Of a DNA stretch of 64,000 bases, positions 51,372 through 63,932 are shown piece by piece (the stretch's first letter is position 1; the number at the start of each line of letters is the position of its first letter). The position numbers were made by a program, and so were the translations under genes. This DNA comes from Pseudovirgaria hyperparasitica (lineage: Eukaryota), in NCBI GenBank assembly GCA_010093815.1, contig ML996583.1; one strand, given 5' to 3'. Under the pieces are notes generated by a model. It was not told where the DNA came from and did not search any database. It was given only the letters and a program-made list of their open reading frames with translations.

Positions 51372-52599
51372 GATACGGTCGTCGTGGGGTATGTTCGTCG
51401 AAGCTGCAATGTTCTGGCCCGCGTAAGGAAAGTATAGCGGCGACTATGAAGCTGGACGCCTGGAATGTACAACGTCTATGCAAGCTTGTTCAGCCTTGGC
51501 TGAGATCGAGGCAGCCCTGAAGGATTCAAGTGACACAGCACCTCGCGACAAACCAGGTGAAGGATTTCGCAACTTTACAGACTTGATGTCACGGATCGAA
51601 AACACCAGCGCACAGGGCTCGCACTTACCACAGGGGGCTGACCGGAAGGAAGATACGTGTTGTGTGAATGGATATTCTGTTGCGCACGTACAGGTTCATC
51701 ATACCTATCATTTCAACCTCATGGTTAATATCTAAGCTAGCCGCAGCGTAGCGGAGAGTGGCTATGCAGATCAGGCTGGCTTCAACCACGTTAGAAATGA
51801 AGGCGATGCAGTCCATTGGCCACTCCAAAGCGAACACGATACGCTTTCTTATCCACGTTCCAAGTTCTTCGGCTACTTTCCACTGGTTGACACCGCCCAG
51901 TAGTCACAAGTCTATATCTATGACCCTTAAAGGATCAGCCATTAGACCGGTTCAACAGCGCGGTTAGGAATATTGCCACAACTGTAGTCCTAAGCTGACG
52001 ATCCCTCTCTCTGCCCTCGCGCTTGATCCATAGTCATGACTATTGCGGACCTTGGACTATACAAACAGCATCAGCATCCGGCGAGGTTGATAGACAAGGA
52101 AGAAGGCTGGGGCAAGTCACGAGGCGGTGCATGAGGCTGAAAGCATGACCGTGGCCCCACTCTAGAGCAGCCCAAGAATGGCGCTAGAACCCAAGTCCCT
52201 AGGATTCTGCCACCATCACTGATTGTGGGACATGCAGCCATGCTTAGAACTTGTGCACCGGGAACACGCGGGTCAAGCACGGAGTAGAAGGGCTATGTTC
52301 GCCTCGCCAGTGCCTGTTTCAATCGGTCTTGAAGTAACGAGGCTGAACCGTACCGGATCTGGCATCTTTTTCACCATGAGTGTCATATAAAATAATTATA
52401 GGGATCTCGTTGTCGCGATCTCCTGGCAAGAGCATCCACTGATCCTCCAAAGAACCGCCAGTGTGGACTTTTATATACTTTGACCTCGTCAGGATATCTA
52501 TTGCCTTCCGAATAACACTAACTTTTCGTTTATTCTGTGCTTTTTATTTCTATCATATTTCGACTATCAAGGTTACACGACGTACTACCCACGCCCAAA

Positions 52600-54123
52600 A
52601 TGTGGTTTCATGTAGCAGAACCCAACTCCTACCTCGTCATTACTGGCGCTGGTATCTCCAAAGTCAAGTTGGAGAAAAAAGCTTTGGTGTTGCCTTTCCA
52701 GAAGGTCTCCAAGATCTCTATCACACCATTTGACTTCTCGATGTCACTCCACGCCATGACTGTCGAAAAACTGCGGTTCTCGCTACCGGCAGTTTTCACC
52801 ATCGGTCCGGATGACAGTGTAGAGTCTTTGACTAAATACGCGGTGCTTCTGACTGGACAATCCGATGGTCGCCCTACTCCTGCGGCGTCAAAAGGCGCTG
52901 TTACTCCAGGCAGTAATCACGTCCAGGACATCGTAAAGGGCATCATCGAGGGAGAGACTCGAAGTATAGTCTCAACTATGACCATGGAAGAGTTGTTCCG
53001 TGAGCGCAAAGTCTTCAAGCAAAAGGTTATCGAGAGTGTGCAGGTCGAACTTTCTCAATTCGGACTTCGTATCTACAACGCAAACGTCAAGGAGCTTCAA
53101 GATACCCCTGGGTCCGAGTACTTTGCCTACCTTTCCCGCAAAGCCCACGAAGGTGCCCTCAATCAAGCCAAGATCGATGTCGCTCACGCTCGTATGATGG
53201 GTGAGGTTGGTGAAGCAGAGAAGCAAGGCAAGACCAAGCAAGAGGTTGCCAAAATTCATGCCGCTACCGCCGTTCTCGAGACCGAGCGCAAAGCCGAAAA
53301 AGCCAGTGCAGATGCCAAACTTACTGATAAGGAGATTACGATCGAAAAGGAACTCAGTCTTGCACGCATAAATGCCAAGCGTGCCGCTGAACAACGCGAT
53401 ATTGACCTGCAGAAAGACGTCGAGAAGAAGCGTGCCGACATGGAACTGGAGCGTCTCCGCGCGACTACCGTCACTAAAGCCAAAATTGCCCGTGAGTCCG
53501 AACAACAAAAGGCCGACGCGGACCTTTACACCAAAGAACGCCAGGCCGACGCCGTTCAATATCAGCAAGAAGTCGACGCTAAGGCGACACTTTTCCGCGA
53601 AACAAAGAACGCCGAGGCCAACTTTATCGTTACGCAAAAGGATGCCGACGCAGCTTTCTATGCCAAAAAACAGCAGGCCGAAGCCGACTTTTACACTCGC
53701 GAACGTGCCGCCGAGGCCAACTTTATTTCGGCGAAGAAGGAAGCCGACGGGCTGCGCGAGATGGCGAGTGCGTACACGGAGCTCGCTACAGCATTCGGTG
53801 GACCTCAAGGTGTACTGCAGTACATGATGTTGCAAAATGGCACGTACGAGAAGCTAGCGCACGAAAATGCGAATGCAATCCGTGGGATGCAGCCGAAGAT
53901 CAATGTGTGGAACACGGGTGCTCAGGGAGGTGAGGGCGCAGATGCGATGGCACCGATCCGGAATCTGTTTCAAACACTGCCGCCATTATTGAGCACAATC
54001 AATGACCAGACGGGCATCACGCCGCCAAGTTGGTTGGCAGGGATGCCGGCACAGGGACAACAGCTGCAGCATGGAGACGAGCAGATGGTGAAGAAGACGA
54101 AGATTGCTAATGGTGCACGTTGA
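52600..54123 (+). CDS. floA: Flotillin (SPFH domain + flotillin coiled coil), 507 aa, intronless
   Basis: MWFHVAEPNSYLVITGAGI, FSLPAVFTIGP, IIEGETRSIVSTMTMEELF, FGLRIYNANVKELQD, AEA-type repeats and PKINVWNTG. Confidence 0.93.
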   Translation: MWFHVAEPNSYLVITGAGISKVKLEKKALVLPFQKVSKISITPFDFSMSLHAMTVEKLRFSLPAVFTIGPDDSVESLTKYAVLLTGQSDGRPTPAASKGAVTPGSNHVQDIVKGIIEGETRSIVSTMTMEELFRERKVFKQKVIESVQVELSQFGLRIYNANVKELQDTPGSEYFAYLSRKAHEGALNQAKIDVAHARMMGEVGEAEKQGKTKQEVAKIHAATAVLETERKAEKASADAKLTDKEITIEKELSLARINAKRAAEQRDIDLQKDVEKKRADMELERLRATTVTKAKIARESEQQKADADLYTKERQADAVQYQQEVDAKATLFRETKNAEANFIVTQKDADAAFYAKKQQAEADFYTRERAAEANFISAKKEADGLREMASAYTELATAFGGPQGVLQYMMLQNGTYEKLAHENANAIRGMQPKINVWNTGAQGGEGADAMAPIRNLFQTLPPLLSTINDQTGITPPSWLAGMPAQGQQLQHGDEQMVKKTKIANGAR

Positions 54124-54379
54124 GAGACATGATGCGACCATCAATCCGATATGAAGCATATGCATTGGTCTGAGATATCATTCTTTTTCACTCTCCTTAC
54201 GTTGGCCGTATACCCAGTCATATCTCATTTATCTCTTTTCGTATGCAGTATATTACTTTACGTGCTAGATTGGTTATTTTCAAGCATCAATACGAAACAC
54301 ACCGCTATGAATAGTGACTTGTAACATCGATTCTCTTTATCAACAGCTAAGTAGCGCCTCCGCAAGGAGCGAGTAACGT

Positions 54380-54721
54380 TTACAAACAGCAAGCGGTGCA
54401 GCATTCTACCCCACACCAAGGATCACCACAGTTCCCGCGATTTTTCTTGCTCTCCCCTTTCCTGTAGGCCATGGCCTCGGTTGCGGTAGGCTGTGTGCTG
54501 CTAGCATTATGGGGGACTGCATATTTCTCTTCGAAAGGAGGGGGTCCGATAGCATGGGTCGCGTCCTCGCTGGGCTTCTCCGGCTTTGTGTCTCGAGTCC
54601 AAGCTGGAGGAGGGACTTGTGTAAAGAAGTCTGGGGTTTGTCTTGACTCAGGTGCTTGCGACGTTGGTCCAGCATGCGTGATCGGGGCGCCTGGAGCAGG
54701 CAGGGTTGAGATTCGAGACAT
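54380..54721 (-). CDS. Small Pro-rich protein with Cys-rich C-terminus (CYSTM-like), 113 aa
   Basis: Pro/Thr-rich body, a basic patch, and the tail GNCGDPWCGVECCTACCL*. Start context AACA-ATG. Confidence 0.65.
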   Translation of the reverse strand: MSRISTLPAPGAPITHAGPTSQAPESRQTPDFFTQVPPPAWTRDTKPEKPSEDATHAIGPPPFEEKYAVPHNASSTQPTATEAMAYRKGESKKNRGNCGDPWCGVECCTACCL

Positions 54722-55643
54722 TGTTCTGTTGCGAGCGTATGTAAGAGCGATGCGTAAGTCTGACTACAGGCTGCGGTATATGAGGGGAAGTTCTCCTGCG
54801 TATCTTGATTTGAATATATCTTAGGATCACGACTGGATACCGAACCACTCTTCAGAAATATGTTTATGACATATAGCCCTACTTCAAATTATGACGTCGA
54901 AAGGACTCCTCAACTCCAATGCCGCACATGATCAGTCATTTCTGTAGATCACCCAACAGACCGGAATCTACCAATTGCAGCTATTGGCCCTTCTGTATTC
55001 AATGCTAAAGCGGTGCAACAATTGAAAAGTCTCTTTACTAACCCAATCAGGCAGCTCATGAACAGCCTATTCCTGCTCAGCCTTGTCCTGCACCACGGAA
55101 CAGGATTGGGTTCTGCAAGTCGCGACAAAGACCCTTTCAGTCCTCAGGAGTGTAGTCATTGAGCGTAAACCACCCACTGACGCGAGAATTCTATGTGTCT
55201 CGAATTACCTGCCTCGAAAAGAGTAATAGTGTTAGCAGACATGTACCTAATATCCACTCTTTCTTCTCCTTCTTCCAACTTTATTTTAGCTGGTCTACTC
55301 CATCTGCAACACGAAACCAGCACTACCTATATATCTATAATGCGAATACCCCTCTATTTGTCTGGTGTTTCTAGAGTGTAAGTCGATCTTGCCTTATCGT
55401 GATATGTCAATTCTCGCCTGCTGTGTTGAAATCTAGCTTTCGTGCTCTAGATGACACCCACCTAGCCCATCTAGGCAGCTAGGAGTTTTTTGATGGAAGA
55501 AGTCACGACTGTGCAATGTCTTCTAGTCTTTGAATCTTAACACTACATTTATCTCCTTCTGAGACCGGAGCTCGACTACGGTAGAGGTACATCCACGATT
55601 TTGGTTCTAACAACCGTTATCATTACTTTCTTATCTTATCCTC

Positions 55644-58600
55644 ATGCCAGTCGTTATGCCTTTGGCCGTTAACAAGAAAAGGAAGAATGCTCGTAGCCGG
55701 TCACTTGGTCCCACAAACAATGATAAAGTTCGTGTCATAGCCCGAAGGACCCAAGACGCCCTTCGAGACGACGACGAAGATCCAGCTACTGTCAGACATC
55801 ATGGGCTTTTCTTTGATAGTGCCATCGGGAGAATTCGTCGTAGCAGCTCGAGGCTGATATCTGTGTTTCGTGGTGGCAATGGTATGTTGTTTGCTGTCCT
55901 TCCATTGTAGTCATCCTAATACTTTTGCAGCTACCATTGGTCAACATAGCCTAAGGTTATCGCCCACCGCTGAAGATGCCACGGACATTTTTGTACCCTC
56001 TGCGGTGTTGAAGGCTCTGTCACAATGTCAAACACCTCCGCCATCCGACACTGAGGAACAACCACATAATGTGAGCAACAAGACCACAAATGAATTGTCA
56101 AAGATGAGTTTAGACAATGCACCGATTTGCTCTGAGAAATTACTTCGCTTCGACGGACCTGCTGAGCCAGGTACAACAAGACGTTACTCTACAGTCAACC
56201 GCAAGAAGTCAACGCCAGCCCTATCACTGTTGCGTAAACTATCATTCTCACCTGCTACCACTACGGTACATCATCGCCCTCTGGTAAGATCTAGATCCAG
56301 TACCTACGCTGAAGCTCCTGGGGGCTTACCGGATCCGACTCCACTGGAACTTCCTCAAATTCCTAAAAATACTCAGTCGAGCTCCCGTTTTACGAGCCCT
56401 TCTACATTGCCCACTCCTCCTACATCCCCAACAACCCCCGCCTCCACTGCACCAACGTCAGTCTTTACCGACCCGGTCGCAAGATCGGGCTCCACCACTT
56501 CTCGTCTCTACCAACGCGACTCTCCACCAAAACTTCCTTTCCAGGGTCTAGGACCGTTGCAGCTTGGAGAGTCAGCTCCCTTTTGGCTGGATAGCGCTCT
56601 CAGCTCACCGGATCCTATGGTCCCTACCATTGCGACTATTGAGAAGATCGCATCAACGAAGGTCTATTTCGAAACACACTACAACTCGATCCTGGCTGAG
56701 AATACGTCGCCTAGGTCAATGAGACGCCTTACGTTCGAGCGGGCTCTGAACTTTACAGCTATAACCAACGAAGAGCGTCAGAGACGTCGCGACGACTGGT
56801 ACCAAGCTGAGAGCAACCATCTCAGACACAATCGTTCCATCAGGGCAAACTCTTATGTTCGACGTACCAGGAAAGGCTTTCCAAGTACCAAATATGAATG
56901 TGTCCGTGTACTCGGGAAAGGGAGCTTCGGACTGGTCCGTCTTGTCCGTGAGAAGTCAATATCGTCAAATGATGAATCAGGACGGATTCCTGCAACAGAT
57001 GGTGCTTCCTCACAGGATATGATCACGCCCGGGTCTTCAGATGATACTTGTATCATTGGTGTGAATGGCTCGTCAACGTCTTCTCAGAAGAAGGTCTATG
57101 CGATGAAAGTCATCCGGAAATCAGAGATGCTACGTAACAGTCAAGAGGCCCATCTTCGTGCCGAGCGGGATTTTTTGGTGGCATCGGAAAACTCTCGTTG
57201 GGTAGTACCGTTGGTAGCAAGCTTCCAAGATAGCGTTAATCTCTATCTCGTAATGGAGTATATGGTCGGCGGAGACTTCCTGGGTCTGTTACTTCGCGAG
57301 GATGTGCTCGATGAGAGTATTACCAAGTGGTACATCGCAGAGATGATATTGTGTATTGAGGAAACCCATAAGATGAGTTGGATACACCGCGATGTCAAAC
57401 CTGACAACTTCCTGATCACAGCCTCGGGTCATCTCAAAATCTCTGACTTCGGTCTCGCATTCGACGGCCACTGGGCACACAATCAGACCTACTACAATGA
57501 TCAGCGATATACACTCATCGATCACTTCAACATTGAGGTTCGAGGTGATGACCAAGATATACAGGAAGAACTCAACAAAGTTGGCGTCTTCGCTGATCCC
57601 CTGAACGTTCCGAGTCAATCAGGTGTCGAGGAGACAAAGCGTCCCCTACCACCAAAATTGGACTGGCTCAATGGTCGCCATATGCGCAAGTTTGCACGCA
57701 GTGTTGTCGGTACTAGTCAGTACATGGCCCCAGAGGTCATCAATGGCGACTGCTACGATGGTCGCTGCGACTGGTGGAGCGTAGGCATCATAATGTATGA
57801 ATGCATGTACGGTAGCACGCCGTTCTTCAACGAGGACCGCAATCTCACAAAGGAGCGAATTAAGTATCACAAGCACTATCTGCGCTTTCCCAACCGCACG
57901 CGCATCGCTCGACCCAATAGTGCTGTAGGCGGCTACTTCCTCGCCGATGTAACTGTCCCAGCCATTGAACTCATGCGTTCCCTCCTCGAAGATAAGGAAT
58001 GGCGTCTGTCGTCTCCTCGCTACAGATGTAATGACTCGCCACGTTCTCGCGCCCCTGGCCTCCGTTATCCACGCCACATCAATGCTCTTGGACCGCGGCC
58101 AGGCTTTGTTTTTGCCAACGACGCCGAAGACATCAAAACTCACGAGTTTTTCTCCGGCATTGACTGGGAAATGCATCATTTGACACGACCCCCTTTTGTG
58201 CCTAAAGTCGGCGATCGAGACATCGCCAAGTACTTCGACGACGAAAAAGACATTCTCAGCTCAAACAGCCATGACAGCTCGACAGGTGCCGAAGAGATGG
58301 GGCTGACTGCAAATTCGCTTAAACCTTTGGACAATCAGCGTAGAACTCGCTCTGCAGATCACGCTGTTCCCGAAAGCCCTTATCCGCGCTGGAACTTGCC
58401 CCAACCCCATGTCGCAGGTGCTCAAGGTAAGCCAGTGAAGCCGCGAAAGGAAAAGAAACGGCCTCGAGATAGGCTACTGCGGGACCCGGCGCTGGCGAAG
58501 ACCGTTATGGAGATCAGGAAAAGGAACGCGTTCGTTGGATACACCTGGCGAAGTGCAAGACACGGCGCCTTGCTTGGAGGTGGTAATACGAATGGGGTGC

Positions 58601-58674
58601 TCGTCGCAGGCGAAAGAATGAGTGTTGATGGAATTTGGAGCAGAGTGGATGTCTCTGGGGCCTTGTTCTCCTAG
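55644..58674 (+). CDS. NDR/LATS-family AGC kinase (Cbk1/COT1-related paralog), ~993 aa, 2 exons (55644-55881, 55931-58674)
   Basis: Mob-binding-like N-terminal region (KVYFETHY...AESNHLR), LGKGSFGLV, YAMKVIRK, HLRAERDFL, IHRDVKPDN, SDFGL, a long insert, RSVVGTSQYMAPE and hydrophobic motif AFVGYTW. Intron 55882-55930. The activation loop differs from the canonical COT1/Cbk1 (STVGTPDYIAPE), hence the paralog call. Confidence 0.9.
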
Positions 58675-59055
58675 CCTTTAAGAGACATCCATGTTACGAG
58701 CATAGCTGACTTTAGCTTTTCCTGCCAAGGCATAAGCAGCGACGTTTGGTCAATGCTTGAATATCATCCTTACCACTTCCCTAGAGAGCAGATCGTGCGG
58801 TTGAATCATGGTAAATTTATATGAAATGGTATCGAGTGATATGTCGGCGGACCTACCTTTTCAACAGGTCCCATAAATAATAATACTGATGCCTACTATG
58901 ACATTAAGAAATGATATCTGTAGCTTTGACTGCCCTGTACGCTCCAACCATTACGTCAAGCTGCATGATACGGAATGCTCAATTGATGGCCCCTTTTATA
59001 CTCTCCACCCCTACCTCCATTTTGATATTTATCTCCTTCGACTGCAAAGGCAACC

Positions 59056-62000
59056 TTACGACGAAGCAATATACGTTCCACTTGTAATCTTCTTGGCCCC
59101 CTGCACGTTCTTCCACCTCGTCTTCTCCGGCCCTTCGTCCTCATCTGCGAACGGATCAGCCTCAGTGGCCTTTGCGCCATCCTCAACAATCGACGAGACA
59201 CTAAGACCACTGCCCATCCCAGGAGTTTTATTGTCATCCAGCTCCCATCGCGCCTCTACATTCCCTGGTTTGGCCTCACCGTCTGTGAAGAATCGTACAC
59301 GGAGCTGTTGCACGGGTGCGTCGGCCGACAGGGTGACGTCGCCAAGACGCCAGTAGATCAGACTGCGATCCTTGGAGAAGTTACCCACAGGCTTGGATTG
59401 GGCGTGGGTGGGTTTGCCGGCGGTAGGGTCGAGGCGTAGAACGAGGACAAGGTTGGAGAGGGTGATGGACGAAGTACCGGGCGGAAGAGTAAGTGTGGGG
59501 TTGAGACCGTAGCTGAGTAGGGCGGAGGTCTGAGTGGGTTCTGGCTTCCAGGCGGGGGATAGAAGGAGTGGTGAGAAGGAGGACTGATTGGTGGGATTGA
59601 GGTGTACCTGGTAGTGGAAGGCAACGGAGGTCTTTGTAATTTTGGAGAGATCGACGTTGTATATGCCGGGATGCTCGGCTTGTTGCTCAATGAATGCTGG
59701 ATTTGGGGCAACCTTTTCAAGAACAGGAAAGTTCTCCAGGCGGATGCTTTCCTGGCCGAATGGACCTGAGGATATATCCGGCGGATTGTATGCGAGTGCA
59801 ACCTGGCCAATGACCATTGCTCTGGTAACTTGACCCCGTTCAAACCAGGTGCTGACGGTTTCTACGATGGAAGAGTTGAGCCCAGGCTCATGGAGTTCGG
59901 GGTGTCTGACTGTTGTACTAGCTGAACTACTTAATGAGCGTCCTGATCTAATAGATTGTGTGTCAGAGCCAGCTGGATCTTCATTGAGGAAGGGGGGGCG
60001 ATGCGATATTTTGAAAGGCGAAACTTGGCTCGACGGCATAGGTGGTGAAGTTGGCAAGGAAATCATGGTAGGCGTCGTAGGTTGAGGTACTGCTGCGGAA
60101 GGTAGCATTGAGAGTTCCCCAGTTGATTCGTTCATTTGTAGAGTCTGACCCGCAGGTACAAACATGGTATTACGGACGTCGCCGGCTCTTCGTCCGCGTA
60201 CTGTGCCAGCTTTACGAGACGGCATGCCTATTGCTTGCTAATATGACACAGTTAGCATCAGTGTGATTGAATGAACGCATGTACATACTGCTCGTAATGT
60301 GTTAGTAACGTTAGCGATCGCGGCGTTCGCATCGCCATCTTCTTCTTGAATAGGGGCATTTCTTATGTCTACTTTGAACTGCTGCGAAGGAGCGTCTTCG
60401 GACCTAGCGAAACATAGTCAATACCTGTATCAAAATGAATTGTAGAAACTAACAATGATAAGCCTGCGGCCTCCTGCTCTGCCTGTGAAATGGCATCTAA
60501 GCCGGCCGTTGGTACAGTAAAACCTTCAGAATCCTTGCGTGGCTGTGAGTCGCGTTAGTACGCAATCAATGGAGGAAAATAACGAAGATCATACATCGGT
60601 CGCAACTGTGGATGAGGGCGATATGGGTTGCAGAGGTTCTTGCAAGCGTGGAATTGATGTCGTAGTCGCCGCACCATTCGTGAGGGATCCGAGGGCGTCT
60701 GTATCATTCTGTAGGCCTAAGCCATTTGGTCTTTCCGTCTTGTCTGGCGGGATGTGTGGCACAACCGGGGATTGGGCTTGTTCTGTACTTGATTCAGGGA
60801 GATCTGCTAGTTGGCGCGTTGGTGAGCGTTGCCTCTCGGGAGACTGAGGAGCTTCCTTATCCTTTCGCCTGCCGAACAAGGACGAGGCTAGATTCCCCGA
60901 AGACTTCTGCTCCGGAGATGGTCCGCGCTTTTCATAAGGATGTATACTTTGTCGTCGTCGTCCCAGGACTGTGGTGAAACGCTTTAGCCCGGATGGTTTA
61001 CTGCTAGACTTTGGTTCTTGAACTTGAATAGATTAGTTCAGAGCTCGATATAGTTTATTGCAAACCTACTGGAGCCTTTATGGCTTGAACCATCATCGCG
61101 TTGTTCTGGAGTACTTGGTGACATAGGAGGCGCTAAACTCGCGGAAGCGATAGAGCTACCTCCCTGAGGCCGGCTTCTCTGACGCTCAATTCTGGGAATA
61201 TCGCTTGTGGCTCTAATTGAAAAAGTTTTGATCTCGTCTGCAGTTTCAACATCGAGTAGAACATTTAGGCATTGCTCAGCAGTAGTTCGATTGCGTTCCA
61301 CCTGATCCACTTCATACGTCTGAAGCTGGGTTAGAGCGTCCCGTAATTTGTTGAGTCTACTCTCGTCTACAGCTTGTAGCTGCTCGAATACGTAAGGGGC
61401 TTGAGAATCCCATGCAGCTTGCGCGCTTTCGATTTCACCAGCTACCGAGGAGACTTTGGAGGCTGACGCCTTGCCTCCTTTGTTTTCAAGCTTCTCAGCT
61501 TTTTTCTGTGCCGTATCGATCTCTTTCGCCATGGCGGCAAGATTGCCACTTATATTGCCCATGGCTTGGACCTCTCTGTTTGTGCTGACAAATGCGCGTA
61601 ATGGCAGTTCGACATCGATCTCTATCTTGGTGGCGAGGGTATGATGAGATTCGGCAATGGCTTCTATTGAGCTGATGATCTTGTTCCATGGAGATGTAAA
61701 CACTCTACCGGTCCAATTAGCTTCATATCGACAAGGGACCTGAAGTCACCATACCCAAGATCCAGAGCCGAATCAGCTGGTAAGCTTTGCGCGAGTCTTC
61801 GTAGGCCTAAGACGTATTGCTCTTCGACCCGGCGGCGTTCCTAAGTACTTTAGAGGAGCTTTTGAGACGTGGTCGTGAGATTTTGTTCACCTTTAGCCAT
61901 TCGGCAATACTAGTATTGACATTGCTAACATGTCTAATGCGATCATTGAGGACGTTCACGGCTTGACTGGGCTGTAGGTTTTCCTGTTCGAAGAGTCAGT

Positions 62001-62069
62001 GCGGCTCAATGACGCGAGGACGTTACAACGGACCAGCATTGCCGGGTACTCTTTTCTTTGGAGATCCAT
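59056..62069 (-). CDS. SYP1: Muniscin Syp1 (F-BAR + mu-homology domain), ~887 aa, 8 exons (62069-62034, 61983-61891, 61840-61755, 61704-61070, 61022-60595, 60542-60454, 60403-60289, 60237-59056)
   Basis: F-BAR start (IAEWLK|ERRRVEEQYVLGLRRLA; WDSQAPYVFEQLQAVDESRL) and a C-terminal muHD (GLNSSIVETVSTWF, GQVALAY, LEKVAPN, SGTY). Seven 47-52 nt introns close in frame. Confidence 0.9.
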
Positions 62070-62472
62070 CGTGAGCGCAATAGTATCGCGAAAGCCAGAC
62101 AAAGAAAATGGTATTAAAGTCCCATATATCAGAGGGAGTGGTAGACGTAGACCAGTACGTCGTGCATTATGACACGAGAGAAGCTGCCGTGAAGGAGGAC
62201 GTTAGGGTAGCTGGCCGCTCGGCAAAGACCACGCCGCCGCCGAAGCTGGCCTGGGCCAGGTGCATGACTATAAAATGCCGAGCATCAACAATCACGCTGC
62301 CACGTTGACGCAAACTGCGTGACTGATCAAAGAACGCGTACACTGCTCACAGATGTCGTGATTATCTATCAAGGCTCACCAATCTTGAATTGATTTGCTA
62401 TCGAACCATACAGACAGAACCTCTTAACTCTTGTTCACCAGGCAATAAAAGGTCTATATTTCGAAAACACTC

Positions 62473-63932
62473 ATGGCAACAGCATGGAGAACCGAGTTGA
62501 GTTTTTCGGACCGGCTCGCTAACGTCCATAAAATGTAGGTCGGCACGCCCGCCTGCCAAAGCTGGTCTAACATTTGTATATAGCAGCTTCACATATCGAG
62601 GGGCCAGTTCATCTGCGACGCCTGCCGAAGCGCAGGGTGAAGCTACCTCTGTTGAGACCGCAGCCTTCAATGAAGCTACCTCTGTAGTATGTGGTCAAGC
62701 TAAGTTATCTGAGACAAGTGGTGATTGATCAGGCAGATTACCAAGAGAGGTGCTCCGCATTCATCAAGAATTTGAACAGAGATGGGCTTCTTAGCACTCC
62801 CAAGGCAAGACAACCAGGCTACAGCTGGTCGGCAAAGCAGACATTGACTCGGGCACGTTTAGAACACACAAGACAACCAGCGGGGTGATACGAGCGTCAA
62901 GCTTGATCTTGGCAGTTATAAAGGTGCCACATTTTACGAAAATGGCCTTTTTTCAGCCATCTACAAAGCAACTGCACCAAGTCAGAAACCCCCCGATGCT
63001 TCTGAGGTATACAAACCTGGTGCACTAGTTGCCCTGAAGTTGACGAGACCATCTACCATGGGACCACCACACGACTCTCTACGAGAAGCGCGAATCTTAA
63101 GGTACGCCCAGGGTCCAGGTATCGTTCCTCTGTGGGATTCATTTCATCGATCAGGGGGCGAGTTTGTCCTTGTGTTTCCGTTCTTGCGTCACGATCTAGA
63201 GGAGCTCCTGGTTCAGAGAAACTTGTCCAAGGAACAAGCCGTCTTGATACTGCGAGATGTGTTCACTGCCCTGGCTCATATTCATTCCAAGGGTATTATT
63301 CACCGAGATGTAAAACCGAGTAACATTCTGATCAAATCACTCGACGGTCCTGCATACTTGGCAGATTTTGGTATCGCCTGGTCTGAGAGTGATTCTGCGT
63401 CTGAGAAAGCAGACAGGAAGATTACTGATGTAGGTACAACCAGCTACAGGCCTCCTGAGCTTCTGTTCGGTCATCAAAGCTATACTTCTGCCTCTGATAT
63501 GTGGGCAGCCGGATGCGTTGTGGCTGAAGTCGTCAATCATAGCCAAAAACCCCTATTTGAATCTGGTGAGTTGGGCAGCGAATTGACTCTTATTCACAGC
63601 ATGTTCCAGAAGTTGGGTACACCAACTTTAGATGTTTGGCCTGTAGGTGACGTCAATATTTTCTGTTCCTGACCCAATCTTGACCCTCTCCCAGGAAGCT
63701 GCGAAATTTAGAGATTGGGGCAAGATGCAGTTCTTCCGATACCCTCCTCGATCATGGTCTGACTTGCTTCCCCACGCCTCGGAAGTTGAGCGTGATCTTG
63801 TGAGGAGATTGGTCTGCTTCGAGAGTGGCCAGCGTCTGAGTGCAGTTGATGTACGAGACCCATGCTAACTATCCATCTGAAGAAGAGGCGCTAATTGACG
63901 TCCAGGCCCTGCGTCATCCATATTTCCTGTGA
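62473..63932 (+). CDS. CDK-activating kinase-like protein (Cak1/Csk1 type) with N-terminal KIX-like domain, ~399 aa, 6 exons (62473-62534, 62584-62686, 62733-62804, 62863-63642, 63695-63850, 63906-63932)
   Basis: Degenerate Gly loop (ENGLFSAIYK), VALK, PPHDSLREARIL in place of PSTAIRE, IIHRDVKPSN, LADFG, DVGTTSYRPPELLFG and ALRHPYF. Spliced length is 1200 nt. The third intron is GC-AG. Confidence 0.85.

Noticed and set aside
52972..53835. 287-aa antisense ORF inside flotillin
   Set aside because: It is a shadow ORF produced by the codon bias of the sense gene, with no recognisable motifs.
13641..54123. Two SPFH-family genes (PHB2 and flotillin) in one window
   Set aside because: They are 38 kb apart and belong to ancient separate subfamilies, so this is coincidental.
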